A DNA stretch of 64,000 nt, taken from an uncultured Acidobacteriota bacterium (GTDB lineage Bacteria; Acidobacteriota; Thermoanaerobaculia; UBA5066; DATFVB01). The DNA is taken from positions 800,001 through 864,000 of the forward strand of contig CAWEYG010000002.1 in the NCBI GenBank assembly GCA_963813155.1. Direction: 5' to 3'. The stretch's first letter is position 1. Each line of letters starts with the position of its first letter. The notes beneath the pieces are model-generated. The model did not search any database. It was not told the origin of the DNA and was given only the letters and a program-made list of their open reading frames with translations. Both the position numbers and the translations under genes were made by a program. Positions 9,828-20,023 of this stretch are shown one piece after another.

Positions 9828-11039
9828 TCAGGAGCCGAAGGCCTGGGGACTTCCGTCGGCGAGCGAACGGATCAGTTCGTCGAAGAAGTAGTTCGTCGAC
9901 TTCCGCACCGACTCGGGCACCCTCTCCTCGTACGTCTGGCGGGCGCGATCGATGTCGTCCTTGAGCCGGGAATAGATGTCGTTGTGCTTCTTCCCCTCCT
10001 CGATGGCCGCCTCGTTGTACAGGCGGATGTCGGAGACGAGAAGGCGGGCGATCTTCTTCGCGCTTTCGTGCGGGTCCTCTTCGCCCGTCGAGAGTCCCCG
10101 CAGGATTCCCGCGCCGCCCGGAGCGATCCCGGAAGGGGGCTTGTAGGCGCGGCCCGTGCTCTCGAGGTCCATGGGCTTCGGCGCTCCGCGCGTCTCCGCC
10201 GGCGGCGCTTCCGCCGGAGCGGGACGCGGCGCAGGGCGCGGCGGCTCGGGGGCGGGCTCGTAGGCCGGCTCGTAGGCCGGCGGCTCGGCGGGAAGCTCGA
10301 GCTCCCGCGCGGGAGCGCCCCCTTCCCATCGCCGGATCGGCAGCAGCGAGGGCGCGGGCTGGATCTTTCGCGCTCCGAGCCGATCCACCGCGATCCCGAT
10401 CAGGTACGAAAAAAGCGCGAGCGCCTCCGGGTCGAACGGCGAATCCTTCCGAAGGCGGTCGACATAGAGCAGGGCCGAGATCTTTTCCCGCACGACGATC
10501 GGAACGAGCAACGATTCGAGCGGCTCGCCGACGGACAGCAGGGCCGACACCGGCGAGCCTCCCGGAAGAGCGATGGGCTCGCCCTGCATGGCCGCCGCGA
10601 GCGCGGGATGGGCGGACGGAGAAACGTTGATCGTGCGCAGGGATGCCTCGTCGGCGTTTGAAAACCCTTCGGACTTCCAGACCGCCAGCGAATCGCCCCG
10701 CGAGACGAGCAGGACCGCTCGCTCCGCGCGCCGCGTGCAGGCCGTCAGGAAAGCTTTCAGCGCGTCGACCTGGGTCGTCGCCGCGTCGATCGCCCTCGCG
10801 AACTCCCGCAGGTCGGCGAGGTCGCCCGCCCCGGCGGCGGAAACGGCGGCCGGCTCGGGAATGAGGTCGGCCGGAACGAGCTCGGGCAGCGGAAAATCGA
10901 GCCGCATCAGGAATTCCTCCCATTTGCGGTGGCTCTCGATCCTCATCCGCTCGAATTCCTCGCGAAGCTGGTCGAAGTGCTCCTCGAGACGGCGTTTGAC
11001 TTCCTTCTCGATCTGCTTTCGAGTCTCTTCGGAGGACAT
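9828..11039 (-). CDS. Coiled-coil, GAF-like domain, Pro-rich linker and conserved helical C-terminal domain
   Basis: LLVPIVVREKISALLYVD GAF-like strand; C-terminal ARLLVSDIRLYNE; start set from adjacent promoter. Confidence 0.8.
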   Translation of the reverse strand: MSSEETRKQIEKEVKRRLEEHFDQLREEFERMRIESHRKWEEFLMRLDFPLPELVPADLIPEPAAVSAAGAGDLADLREFARAIDAATTQVDALKAFLTACTRRAERAVLLVSRGDSLAVWKSEGFSNADEASLRTINVSPSAHPALAAAMQGEPIALPGGSPVSALLSVGEPLESLLVPIVVREKISALLYVDRLRKDSPFDPEALALFSYLIGIAVDRLGARKIQPAPSLLPIRRWEGGAPARELELPAEPPAYEPAYEPAPEPPRPAPRPAPAEAPPAETRGAPKPMDLESTGRAYKPPSGIAPGGAGILRGLSTGEEDPHESAKKIARLLVSDIRLYNEAAIEEGKKHNDIYSRLKDDIDRARQTYEERVPESVRKSTNYFFDELIRSLADGSPQAFGS

Positions 11040-11045
11040 GCCGAG

Positions 11046-11074
11046 ATTATCCGGGTCCGTTTCCTTTTTGTCAA
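11046..11074 (-). promoter_or_regulatory. Sigma70 promoter for the GAF gene (leaderless)
   Basis: TTGACA-17 nt-GATAAT on minus strand, 6 nt upstream of ATG 11039. Confidence 0.7.
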
Positions 11075-11110
11075 GAAACATAATCCCGACAATGACTTAC
11101 GAACGAGAAT

Positions 11111-11139
11111 TTGACGGAGGGCGGGACGTGCCCTATTAT
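11111..11139 (+). promoter_or_regulatory. Sigma70 promoter of the rpsU operon
   Basis: TTGACG-17 nt-TATTAT. Confidence 0.75.
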
Positions 11140-11185
11140 TGAGGGTCCCGCGGGGCGGGAATCTGAGACGAAGGGGGTGATCCGC

Positions 11186-11392
11186 ATGCCTGTCATCCAC
11201 ATCAAGGAAGACGAGTCTTTCGAGAACGCGCTTCGTCGCTTCAAGCGCAAGTGCGAGAAGTCGGGCATCCTCTCCGAGCTCAAGAAACGCCAGCACTACG
11301 AAAAACCGTCCGCGAAACGCAAGCGGAAGGCCATTGCCGCCCGCAAGAAGATGCTGCGAAAGCTCTCGGAGGAACGCCGCGCCGGCGTCTGA
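11186..11392 (+). CDS. rpsU: 30S ribosomal protein S21
   Basis: [33 protein letters not shown]; RBS GGGGGTG. Confidence 0.97.
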   Translation: MPVIHIKEDESFENALRRFKRKCEKSGILSELKKRQHYEKPSAKRKRKAIAARKKMLRKLSEERRAGV

Positions 11393-11414
11393 TCCCCTCG
11401 ATTTCTCGGCCGTT

Positions 11415-13751
11415 GTGAATCTGGCCGCGTCCTTCGCTCAAACCCCGACGGGTCGTGAGAAGGTGCGCGGCCTTTTTCCTTTTCTCGAGCCTGAACCGGT
11501 CGCCGAAGCGCTCGGCGAAACCGCCGAGGCCGGAGTGCTTCTCGCGAAATCGGGCCGCCTGCCGCTGAGGGGAGTCGAAGACCCGGACCCGCCGCTGGAG
11601 CGCCTCGCGGAGGCGGGAGGGCTCGGCTTCGACGAAGAATTGCGGCCGCTCATCGCGGTGGCCCGCGCCGCGGACAAGACCCGCGCGCTGCTTTCCGAAG
11701 CGCAGGACCTTCCCCTTCTCTCGCGGCACCTCGAGGCCCTTCCGGATCTGTCGGAAATCGCCCGGCGCGCCGCCCGCCTCTTCGAGCCCGACGGAACCCT
11801 CTCCGACGGCGCGTCTCCGAAACTCGGCGAGCTGCGGAGCAAGCTTCGACGCCAGCGGCAGCGGCTCTACGACTCGGCCCGCGGGTGGCTCGAGAGAAAC
11901 GGATCGGCCGAAGACACCGTCGTCCTGCGCGACGGGCGATACTGCGTGCCCGTCGCGGCCGGCTCCGCTCCGAGGGTCGCGGGGATCGTCCACGACCGGT
12001 CCGGCTCCGGGCAGACGATCTTCCTCGAGCCGACGGAGCTCACCGAAGGGAACAACGAGCTGTCGCTGCTCGCTTCCGATCTGCGGCGCGAGGAGGAGAG
12101 AATCCGGCGCGATTTCGGAAACGAGATCCTCGCCCGGCAAGACGCGATTCGCGATTCTGCCGAGATCCTTTCGCACCTCGACTCGGTCGAGTCGCGCGCG
12201 ATCTTTTCCAGGGAGACCGACGCGGTGCTCCCGGAATTTTCTTCCGACGGCCGATGGGAGCTCTCCGGCGCGCGCCATCCCCTGCTCGACGCGCGGCTGG
12301 CAGCGGCCCGGGAGGCCGTCTTCGGCGAGCGCAGGCGCGAACGCGACGTCGTTCCGCTCGAGGTGGACCTTTCGGGAGACAAGCAGTGGCTCCTCCTCTC
12401 CGGCCCGAACGCGGGAGGCAAGACGGTCGTCCTGAAGACGCTCGGTCTCTTCTCGAAAATGGCGCAGTCCGGGTTGCCGCTTCCGGCCCGCCGGGCCGTG
12501 CTGCCGGTCTTTCGCAGCTTCGCCTGCCTCGTCGGCGACGAGCAGGCGATCTCCTCGGACCTTTCGACGTTCTCGTCCGCGATGAGCCGCCTGGCGGAAA
12601 TCGTCCGCTCGGCCGGGCCCGGCACGCTCGCCCTCCTGGACGAGCTCGGAGGGGGCACGGACCCGGAGGAAGGCGGCGCGATCGCGATCGCGGCGCTCGA
12701 GACGCTTCTGGCCCGGGGAGCGCGCGTCGTCGTCACGACCCACCAGGCCTCCGTGAAGGAGTTCGCGGTCTCGCGCGGCGATGCGCAGGTCTCGGCCCTC
12801 GAATTCGACGAGGACACCGGCCGACCGACCTACCGGCTTCGTCCGGGTTTTCTCGGCCGCAGCCGCGCGCTCGCGACCGCGCGGGAGCAGGGACTGCCGG
12901 AAGAAACGATCGCGCGCGCGACGGCAATCCTCGGCTCCGCGTGGGTGCGCCGGGAAAGGCTCGAGACGGAAGCCGAAGAGGCGCTCGCCCGCGTGCGGGC
13001 GCAGGAGCGCGAGCTCGCCGAGACGCTCGAGCAGAATCGTTCCCTCGAAAGGCGGCTGCAGGAACAGTCCGCCGATCTCGCGACGCGAAGAAGAGAGGTC
13101 CTGGCCCGGGGGAAGGACGCGCTCGACCGCGCCCGGCTGGAGTTTCGCAACGCGGCGGCGGAAGCCCTCGCGAAAATTCAGGACGAGAAAATGACGGCCG
13201 CGAAGGCCTCGGCCGTGCTCGCGGAGCTCGAGGAGCGCCGGAGGCAGGATCCCCTCCTCCAGGAGGCCGAGAGAGAAGCCGAGGAAGAATCGCGCGCGCT
13301 TCGTCCGGGCGACGCGGTCCGGCTGCGCGGCGGTAGCGCCCCGGCGGAGATCGAGGAAATCGAGGGGTCGCGGGCGAGGATTCTCGCGAAGGGAAAACGT
13401 CTCTCCGTTCCGCTCTCGGACCTCGTCGCGGCGGGAAAGCCCTCCGGCGCCGAGCGCGCCCGCTCGGGGCGTTCGGAGAGGGGCGGACCGGCGGCCGAGA
13501 CGCCGTCGTCGCCCCGGGAAATCCTCGTCATCGGCAGGACGGTCGAAGAGGCGATTGAGGAAGTCGACCGAGCGATCGACCGGAGCCTCTCCGCGGGAGC
13601 CGATTCGCTCCGGGTCGTCCACGGACACGGAACCGGCAGGCTTCGAAACGGGTTGCGCGAATACTTCCGGACGCATTCCGCTGTCGCCTCGTTCCGGAAG
13701 GCGGACCCCGCCGAAGGCGGCGACGGCGCGACGGTGGTCACGCTGAAATGA
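11415..13751 (+). CDS. mutS2: Endonuclease MutS2 (start uncertain)
   Basis: Walker A GPNAGGKT, LSTFSS, LLDELGGGTDPEEG; coiled coil; Smr domain VVHGHGTGRLR. Confidence 0.93.
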   Translation: MNLAASFAQTPTGREKVRGLFPFLEPEPVAEALGETAEAGVLLAKSGRLPLRGVEDPDPPLERLAEAGGLGFDEELRPLIAVARAADKTRALLSEAQDLPLLSRHLEALPDLSEIARRAARLFEPDGTLSDGASPKLGELRSKLRRQRQRLYDSARGWLERNGSAEDTVVLRDGRYCVPVAAGSAPRVAGIVHDRSGSGQTIFLEPTELTEGNNELSLLASDLRREEERIRRDFGNEILARQDAIRDSAEILSHLDSVESRAIFSRETDAVLPEFSSDGRWELSGARHPLLDARLAAAREAVFGERRRERDVVPLEVDLSGDKQWLLLSGPNAGGKTVVLKTLGLFSKMAQSGLPLPARRAVLPVFRSFACLVGDEQAISSDLSTFSSAMSRLAEIVRSAGPGTLALLDELGGGTDPEEGGAIAIAALETLLARGARVVVTTHQASVKEFAVSRGDAQVSALEFDEDTGRPTYRLRPGFLGRSRALATAREQGLPEETIARATAILGSAWVRRERLETEAEEALARVRAQERELAETLEQNRSLERRLQEQSADLATRRREVLARGKDALDRARLEFRNAAAEALAKIQDEKMTAAKASAVLAELEERRRQDPLLQEAEREAEEESRALRPGDAVRLRGGSAPAEIEEIEGSRARILAKGKRLSVPLSDLVAAGKPSGAERARSGRSERGGPAAETPSSPREILVIGRTVEEAIEEVDRAIDRSLSAGADSLRVVHGHGTGRLRNGLREYFRTHSAVASFRKADPAEGGDGATVVTLK

Positions 13752-13767
13752 GGAGAGACCTTCCCCG

Positions 13768-15555
13768 ATGAGCGAGTTTCTCGATTTCAACGACCGGGTC
13801 CTGGCGGACATCCGCGCCGCTGCGGACATCGTGGACGTCATCGGCGAGCACACGACGCTCAAGAAGGCGGGAAATTCCTGGAAGGGGCTTTGCCCTTTTC
13901 ACCGGGAGAAGACGCCGTCGTTCACGGTCAACCGCGACCGGGGGCTCTTCTACTGTTTCGGATGCGGAGCGGGCGGGGATCTCTTCGGCTTCGTCCGGCA
14001 GATCGAGCGCGCGACCTTCCGCGAAGCGGCGGAGATGCTCGCGCGCCGATACGGCGTCGAGGTCCCGAAACGGGCGAAGGGCGAAGGAGAAGATCGGCGC
14101 GAAAGACTCCTCTCGGCCGTCGCCTCGGCTCACCGCGCCTACAGCGAGAATCTCCAGGCCGCGCCCAACCGGGCGACCGAATATCTCCAGGAGCGGGCCG
14201 TGCCGGAGGAAACCGCGCGCGAGCTCGAGCTCGGATTCGCGCCCGATTCGTGGGATTTCCTCTCGCGCCTCGCCCAGCCGCCCGAAGTCCTGATCGAAGC
14301 GGGAGTTCTGCAGCCGGGCGCTCCCGGAAAGCGGCCGTACGATCGCTTTCGCAATCGCCTCCTCTTTCCGATCCGCGACGAACGGGGCCGGGTCGTGGGC
14401 TTCGGGGGACGCTCCCTTTCGGGAGAGGAGCCGAAATATCTGAATTCCCCGGACAGTCCGGTGTTCGCGAAAAACCGGCTTCTCTACGGGATTCCCGCGG
14501 CGCGCGAAGGAATGCGGCGAACCGACCGCGCCGTGCTCGTGGAGGGATACTTCGACCACCTCGGCATGCTCCTCTCGGGGGTCCCGGAAACGGTCGCCAG
14601 CATGGGAACCTCTCTCGCCCGCCCCCAGGCGGAAAAGCTTCGAAAGTGGGTTTCGCGGACGATCCTCTGCTACGACGGGGATTCTGCCGGCCGAACAGCC
14701 ACCCGGCGGGCGATTCCCCTTCTGCTGGCCGAAGGGCTCGAAGTCCGGGTGGCGGCGATGCCCGCCGGCTCCGACCCGTTCGACCATTTTCGCGAATCGG
14801 GGGGCGAGGCGGTCCGGTCGGCCGTCGACAACGCAGCCCCTTTTCTCGACTGGCTGCTCGAAAGCGAGCTCTCGGCCGCGGCCTCGCCGAAGGAGAAGGG
14901 CGACCGGGTCAACGCGATCCTGGAGGTCCTCGAGAGCATCCCGGACCGCGTCATCCGCTACGAATACGTTCGGCGGCTCGCCGAAGCGGCCTCGATGCCG
15001 GTCGACCTGCTCTGGAAGGCCCCCCGGGCGGGCACCCGGTCGGCGGAATCGGAGGGAACGAATTCAGCCGAAGAATCGTTGAAGAGAGTGCGCGCCCCGG
15101 AGGGGGAACGGCGGCTCCTGCGCTGTCTCGTCAACGCCCGGCCGGGCAGCGAGGAAGCGGCGGGACAGGCGATCGACGAGCTCGATGCCGAGGTTTTCAC
15201 CGATCCCGACTGCCGGGCGCTGTTTCTGGCACTCCGGAAGGCGCGGGAAGGGGGCGGACCCATCGATTTCTCCCGGCTGCGAGATATGCTTACCGAGGAG
15301 CGGGAATTCGTGTTATTCTCCGAGGTTTCATTGGACGAATCTCCGGAGGGCGTCCAGGACCATATCGAGCCCATTTTGAATGCGTTGCAGCGACGGCACC
15401 TCGAACGGCAGGCGGAGACTCTGCAGCGGGCGATCGAGGCGGCGGGAAATACGGGAAAACAGGAAGAAATCGACGAACTCTTGCGTTCAAAGACTGCCCT
15501 GAGCGAGAAGATCAAAGTTCTGGCCCGCGCGGGCGCACGGAGGAAGACTTGTTGA
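13768..15555 (+). CDS. dnaG: DNA primase
   Basis: CHC2 finger [15 protein letters not shown]; KYLNSP; Toprim VEGYFD and YDGDSAG. Confidence 0.97.
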   Translation: MSEFLDFNDRVLADIRAAADIVDVIGEHTTLKKAGNSWKGLCPFHREKTPSFTVNRDRGLFYCFGCGAGGDLFGFVRQIERATFREAAEMLARRYGVEVPKRAKGEGEDRRERLLSAVASAHRAYSENLQAAPNRATEYLQERAVPEETARELELGFAPDSWDFLSRLAQPPEVLIEAGVLQPGAPGKRPYDRFRNRLLFPIRDERGRVVGFGGRSLSGEEPKYLNSPDSPVFAKNRLLYGIPAAREGMRRTDRAVLVEGYFDHLGMLLSGVPETVASMGTSLARPQAEKLRKWVSRTILCYDGDSAGRTATRRAIPLLLAEGLEVRVAAMPAGSDPFDHFRESGGEAVRSAVDNAAPFLDWLLESELSAAASPKEKGDRVNAILEVLESIPDRVIRYEYVRRLAEAASMPVDLLWKAPRAGTRSAESEGTNSAEESLKRVRAPEGERRLLRCLVNARPGSEEAAGQAIDELDAEVFTDPDCRALFLALRKAREGGGPIDFSRLRDMLTEEREFVLFSEVSLDESPEGVQDHIEPILNALQRRHLERQAETLQRAIEAAGNTGKQEEIDELLRSKTALSEKIKVLARAGARRKTC

Positions 15556-17216
15556 TGATCGAGGAAAAATACCCGGAGGTCCGGTCCCTGTTCGCGCAGG
15601 GGAAGGGTAAGGGCTACCTGAGCTACGAGCAGATCCACCAGGCCCTTCCCGACGAGCTCGCGACCGCTCCGGACGAGCTCGACGAGGTGTACATCCGCCT
15701 CGGGGACCTCGGCATCGAAGTCATCACGGACACCGACAAGGCGGGCCGGCGCAAGGCGGCGTCGTCCGGCGACGGGGAAGAAGTCGTCGAGCCGGTCGAA
15801 AAGACCAACGACCCGGTTCGCATGTACCTGCGCGAGATGGGCACCGTCAAACTCCTCGACCGGGAGGGCGAAGTCCAGATCGCCCGGCGCATCGAGGTGG
15901 GCGAGTCGAAGATCTACCGCGCCCTGTCGAACAACCTCAAGATCCTCGAAGAGATCCTGAAAATCGCCGAGAGCATGGCGGCTCGAAGCACGGTGACCGA
16001 CGAGGAAGACGATTTCGAAGCGGAGGATACCGCCCAGGAGGGGCGCCTCTCGCGCCGCGTGGACGAAATCGTCGCCGCGTTCCGGAAGATCGGCGGCATC
16101 GACTCGGACCTGAAGCGCTTCGCGGTCAAGGGGAAGTCCGTCAAAAAGGGCAGCAAGATGGAGGCGAAGCTCTCCGGCTCGACCGACAAGAAGGTCGCCG
16201 AGATCGCCAAGCACGTCCGCTCGATCGACTTCACGCCGATCATCCTCATGCGGCTGCTCAACATCCTGCGCGATGTCGATCGCCAGCTCTCCGTCCCGGA
16301 GCAGATGGTCCGCCAGGATTCGACGATCCTGAAAAAAGAAAAGAACGCGACCCGCCGGGAGTTCTACCAGCGGCGGATCTCGAAATACCGCAAGAACCTC
16401 CGCGAGCTCGAAAAGAAGTTCGGCCTGACCCACGAAGAAGTCCGACGAACGCTGCGCGCCGTGCGCGAGGGCGAAGAAGAGGCGGACCAGGCCAAGCACG
16501 AGCTGATCGTCGCGAACCTTCGTCTCGTCGTCTCGATCGCGAAGAAGTACACGAACCGCGGACTTCAGTTCCTCGACCTGATCCAGGAGGGGAATATCGG
16601 CCTCATGAAGGCGGTCGAGAAATTCGAATACCGGCGCGGCTACAAGTTCTCGACGTACGCGACGTGGTGGATCCGTCAGGCCATCACGCGCGCGATCGCC
16701 GACCAGGCGCGGACGATCCGGATCCCCGTCCACATGATCGAGACGATCAACAAGCTGACCCGGACCTCCCGTTCGCTCGTCCAGGAGCTCGGACGCGAGC
16801 CGGAAGCCGAGGAAATCGCGAAGCGCATGGACATGCCGGTCGGCAAGGTCCGAAAGATCATGAAGATCGCGCAGGAGCCGATTTCGCTCGAGACGCCGAT
16901 CGGCGAAGAGGAAGATTCCCATCTGGGAGATTTCATCGAGGACCGCATGGCGATCTCTCCGATCGAAGCGGTTCTCGTCTCCAACCTCCGCGACCAGACG
17001 CGCAAGGTCCTGAAGTCCCTCACTCCGCGCGAGGAGCAGGTCCTCAAGATGCGGTTCGGCGTGGGCGACGGTTCCGAGCACACGCTCGAAGAAGTGGGCC
17101 GCTCGTTCAACGTGACGCGGGAGCGGATCCGCCAGATCGAGTCGAAGGCGCTGCGCAAGCTTCGCCACCCGTCGCGGTCGAAAAAGCTCCGCCCGTTCCT
17201 CGAAACGATCCGCTGA
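15555..17216 (+). CDS. rpoD: RNA polymerase primary sigma factor
   Basis: [46 protein letters not shown]; TGATG coupling to dnaG. Confidence 0.98.
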   Translation: MIEEKYPEVRSLFAQGKGKGYLSYEQIHQALPDELATAPDELDEVYIRLGDLGIEVITDTDKAGRRKAASSGDGEEVVEPVEKTNDPVRMYLREMGTVKLLDREGEVQIARRIEVGESKIYRALSNNLKILEEILKIAESMAARSTVTDEEDDFEAEDTAQEGRLSRRVDEIVAAFRKIGGIDSDLKRFAVKGKSVKKGSKMEAKLSGSTDKKVAEIAKHVRSIDFTPIILMRLLNILRDVDRQLSVPEQMVRQDSTILKKEKNATRREFYQRRISKYRKNLRELEKKFGLTHEEVRRTLRAVREGEEEADQAKHELIVANLRLVVSIAKKYTNRGLQFLDLIQEGNIGLMKAVEKFEYRRGYKFSTYATWWIRQAITRAIADQARTIRIPVHMIETINKLTRTSRSLVQELGREPEAEEIAKRMDMPVGKVRKIMKIAQEPISLETPIGEEEDSHLGDFIEDRMAISPIEAVLVSNLRDQTRKVLKSLTPREEQVLKMRFGVGDGSEHTLEEVGRSFNVTRERIRQIESKALRKLRHPSRSKKLRPFLETIR

Positions 17217-17302
17217 GAATCGCTCCGGCGGGGCGAAATCGACGCGAAGCCTCGCGCGGCGGCTGTGCTAGAATTTCGCAAATTTTCGATCGGAGGCGCG
17301 CC

Positions 17303-18559
17303 GTAGTTCCTCGCCTGACCCTAGCCTTTCTCCTTTTTGGCGCCTCTTTCGCGCGCGGCCAGGAGCAGCTCGCAACGACCACGGCCGACCACTGGACGAG
17401 CACGTCCACGACCGGCGCGCCGGCGGGCCGCTTCAACCACACGGCCGTGTGGACGGGCGACCGGATGATCGTCTGGGGCGGCGATTCCGGAGATCTCACT
17501 CCGCTCGGCTCGGGCGGCATCTACGATCCCGCCGCCAATTCCTGGTCGGCAGTCAGCACGGTCGGCGCTCCGTCCCCTCGCGAATTGGCGGCCGCCGTGT
17601 GGACCGGCGACGAAATGCTCGTCTGGGGAGGAGCGCACTACACCCCCGGGCTCATCAACAGCACGGTCCTGAACGACGGCGCGAGTTACGATCCCGTCCG
17701 CAACGCGTGGACTCCCCTGCCGTCCGCCGGAGCTCCGGTCGCGCGAAATTTCCACACGGCCGTCTGGACCGGCACGGAGATGATCGTCTGGGGCGGCTAT
17801 TCCAGCGCGATCAGCCCGACGAATCCGCTGAATTTCAAGGCCGTGAACACGGGGGCCATCTACGACCCCCTCACGCGGACGTGGAAGACCATGTCGACCG
17901 TCAACGCTCCCTCGCCCCGCGGGCTGCACAGTGCCGTCTGGACGGGCTCCCGGATGATCGTCTGGGGAGGCGACGACGGCCACGACAGCGATATCGGGGG
18001 CGGCGGCCTCTACGACCCGGTCACCGACACCTGGACGCCGATTTCCACGGCCGGGCAACCCTCCGGCCGGGACGATCACACGGCCGTGTGGACCGGCTCG
18101 CGCATGATCGTCTGGGGCGGCTACGCGAACACGAACGAGACGAACACCGGGGGCGTGTTTGATCCGTCGACCAATTCCTGGAAACCGACGTCGACGACGG
18201 CAGCACCCTCGGCCCGCGAGCTGCACACTGCCGTCTGGACCGGCTCGCGCATGGTCGTCTGGGGCGGCTGGACGGGGCAGGCCGACGCCAACAGCGGCGG
18301 GGTCTACAGCCCCGGCGCGGATTCCTGGTCGGCGACGACGACGTCCGGCGCGCCGTCCGGGCGCGAGCAGGCAAGCGCGGTCTGGACGGGCGCGCGCATG
18401 ATCGTCTGGGCAGGCTACGACGGCCACGCGGACGTCAACAGCGGAGGCGTCTACTCTCTGGCATCCATCCCGTGTCCTCCCGGCGCTCACCGCGGCTGCA
18501 TCGCCCCCGTGACGAATCCGTCGCCGGCCCCGATTCCCCGGAACCACGCGACGAGGTAG
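17303..18559 (+). CDS. Secreted kelch-repeat 7-bladed beta-propeller protein (start codon unclear)
   Basis: Seven W..TST.GAP..R..HTAVWTG.RMIVWGG repeats; signal-like [15 protein letters not shown]; GGAGG at 17292 is followed by GTA rather than a canonical start. Confidence 0.85.
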   Translation, partial: VVPRLTLAFLLFGASFARGQEQLATTTADHWTSTSTTGAPAGRFNHTAVWTGDRMIVWGGDSGDLTPLGSGGIYDPAANSWSAVSTVGAPSPRELAAAVWTGDEMLVWGGAHYTPGLINSTVLNDGASYDPVRNAWTPLPSAGAPVARNFHTAVWTGTEMIVWGGYSSAISPTNPLNFKAVNTGAIYDPLTRTWKTMSTVNAPSPRGLHSAVWTGSRMIVWGGDDGHDSDIGGGGLYDPVTDTWTPISTAGQPSGRDDHTAVWTGSRMIVWGGYANTNETNTGGVFDPSTNSWKPTSTTAAPSARELHTAVWTGSRMVVWGGWTGQADANSGGVYSPGADSWSATTTSGAPSGREQASAVWTGARMIVWAGYDGHADVNSGGVYSLASIPCPPGAHRGCIAPVTNPSPAPIPRNHATR

Positions 18560-18609
18560 CCGATCTCGACCTCTGTGATATATTTTCCGACTTGGGCTAG
18601 GATTCCTTC

Positions 18610-18683
18610 GGGTCCATAGCTCAGCGGTCCAGAGCCACCGGCTCATAACCGGCCAGACCCCGGTTCGAATCCGGGTGGACCCA
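18610..18683 (+). tRNA. tRNA with CAT anticodon, most likely tRNA-Ile2 (lysidine)
   Basis: Acceptor GGGTCCA/TGGACCC, D arm TAGCTCAG..GAGC, loop CTCATAA, GGTTCGAATCC; lacks initiator features; lies downstream of rpoD like E. coli ileX; no encoded CCA. Confidence 0.92.
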
Positions 18684-18767
18684 GAGTCGGGCGCTTCGAA
18701 AAGGGGACTCGTTGACGGAAACGGGAAATCACAACAGGGCCGAATCGGCCGCAAAACGCAAGCAAAC

Positions 18768-18799
18768 GGGGCGACCCTCGAACGGGACGCCCCTTTTTT
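18768..18799 (+). terminator. Intrinsic terminator downstream of the tRNA
   Basis: GGGGCGACCC-loop-GGGACGCCCC followed by TTTTTT. Confidence 0.75.
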
Positions 18800-18818
18800 A
18801 TGTCCAGACGGAGAAGGC

Positions 18819-19541
18819 GTGACGGGTGAAATGGAAAATCTGATCAAGCTGCAGGACCTGTTCCTGCGAAAAAAGACGAAGTCGAAGGAGCGCGACACGC
18901 TTCCGCCGGAGCTCGAGGAAGTCGACCGCGACTACCGCCAGAAGCTGTCGGCGATCGATCAGCTCAAGCAGACCCTCGAAGAAGCGGAGCGCTCCCGGCG
19001 AGCGGGCGAAGGCCGCCTCGCGGAGCTGACCGACAAGCAGAAGAAGTACCAGGCGCAACTGATGGCCGTGAAGAACTCGCGCGAATACGGCGCGATGTTG
19101 AACGAGATCGACCAGGTCAAGCGGGCCCTGAAAGAGGCGGAAGACGAAGTCGTCGGTTACATGGAGACGATCGAGTCGTCGCGACAGGAGCTCACGGAAC
19201 GCGAGGGCAAGCTTCCCGGGGAGACCGAAGAGCACGAGCTGACGCTCTCCGGGTGGCGCGAGACCCAGAAGCAGATCGACGCCGAGCTCGCGGCGATCGA
19301 GTCGGAAACCGCCGCGATCGAGAAGACGTTTCCCCCGAAGAAGCTCGCGGAGTTTTTCCGGCTCGTCGAGCGCAAGGGCGGACGCGCGGTCGTCCAGGCG
19401 ATCGGGGGCTCCTGCTCGGCCTGTCACGTCCGCCTGCGGCCGGCGCTCTACCAGGCCCTTCGCCTTTCCGACGAGGTCGTCACCTGCGACTCGTGCAAGC
19501 GCATCCTGTATTACCAGGACAACGCCGCCGTCTCGTCTTGA
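18819..19541 (+). CDS. Coiled-coil C4 zinc-ribbon protein (DUF164, CT398/HP0958-like)
   Basis: Long coiled coil, KNSREY, CSACH...CDSCKRILY. Confidence 0.9.
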   Translation: MTGEMENLIKLQDLFLRKKTKSKERDTLPPELEEVDRDYRQKLSAIDQLKQTLEEAERSRRAGEGRLAELTDKQKKYQAQLMAVKNSREYGAMLNEIDQVKRALKEAEDEVVGYMETIESSRQELTEREGKLPGETEEHELTLSGWRETQKQIDAELAAIESETAAIEKTFPPKKLAEFFRLVERKGGRAVVQAIGGSCSACHVRLRPALYQALRLSDEVVTCDSCKRILYYQDNAAVSS

Positions 19542-19544
19542 CGG

Positions 19545-19607
19545 GGTCGCGAGTTGCGCGTCGAGAGTCGCGAGAGTCCTCAGTCTCGTGACTCGCGACT
19601 CGTGACC
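19545..19607. repeat. Heptamer-repeat inverted-repeat element
   Basis: gtcgcga-gttgcgc-gtcgaga-gtcgcga facing tcgtgac-tcgcgac-tcgtgac. Confidence 0.75.
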
Positions 19608-19612
19608 GGATC

Positions 19613-20023
19613 ATGAAACTGACGGCCTTCATCGACGGGGCCGCGCGCGGCAACCCGGGCCCGGCCGGAGCGGGAGCGTTCTTTCCCTCGACCGGCGGCG
19701 AGGACGGCCCCATCGAGCTCTTCGAAGCGCTCGGCCGCGCCACGAACAACGAAGCCGAATACCACGGCCTGCTCCTGGCCCTGCGCGGCGCGCAGGAGCG
19801 GGGCGCGACCGACCTGGCGATTTTCGCGGACTCGCTGCTCCTCGTGGAACAATTGAACGGGCGTTTCCGCGTGAAGGCGGAAAACCTGAAGCCCCTGTTC
19901 TTCGAAGCGCTGCAGCGCGCGAAGTCGTTTCGGTCGTTCACCATTTCGCACGTGCGCCGGGAGAAAAACAAGGACGCCGACCGCCTCGCCAACCGCGGCG
20001 CCGACGCGTCGGAGAGGCGTTGA
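19613..20023 (+). CDS. rnhA: Ribonuclease HI family protein
   Basis: FIDGAARGNPGPAG, TNNEAEY, DSLL, REKNKDADRLAN. Confidence 0.93.
   Translation: MKLTAFIDGAARGNPGPAGAGAFFPSTGGEDGPIELFEALGRATNNEAEYHGLLLALRGAQERGATDLAIFADSLLLVEQLNGRFRVKAENLKPLFFEALQRAKSFRSFTISHVRREKNKDADRLANRGADASERR

Noticed and set aside
15262-15290. Internal rpoD promoter in the AT-richer 3' part of dnaG
   Set aside because: TATGCT is present but there is no convincing -35; too weak to call.
13890-15554. Long N-terminal extension of RpoD in the ORF track (similarly 34190 for the DHS-like gene and 16664 for the kelch gene)
   Set aside because: The extensions overlap other real genes; the true starts are downstream.
17390-18460. 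Regularly spaced DNA repeats (gccgtctggacgggc...gtctggggc) as CRISPR or DGR repeats
   Set aside because: They are in-frame kelch protein repeats; there is no reverse transcriptase or cas gene in the window.
18700-18800. Possible c-di-GMP riboswitch after the tRNA
   Set aside because: The GGCAAACC...GACGCAAAGC architecture is not present in order; the region is explained by a terminator.
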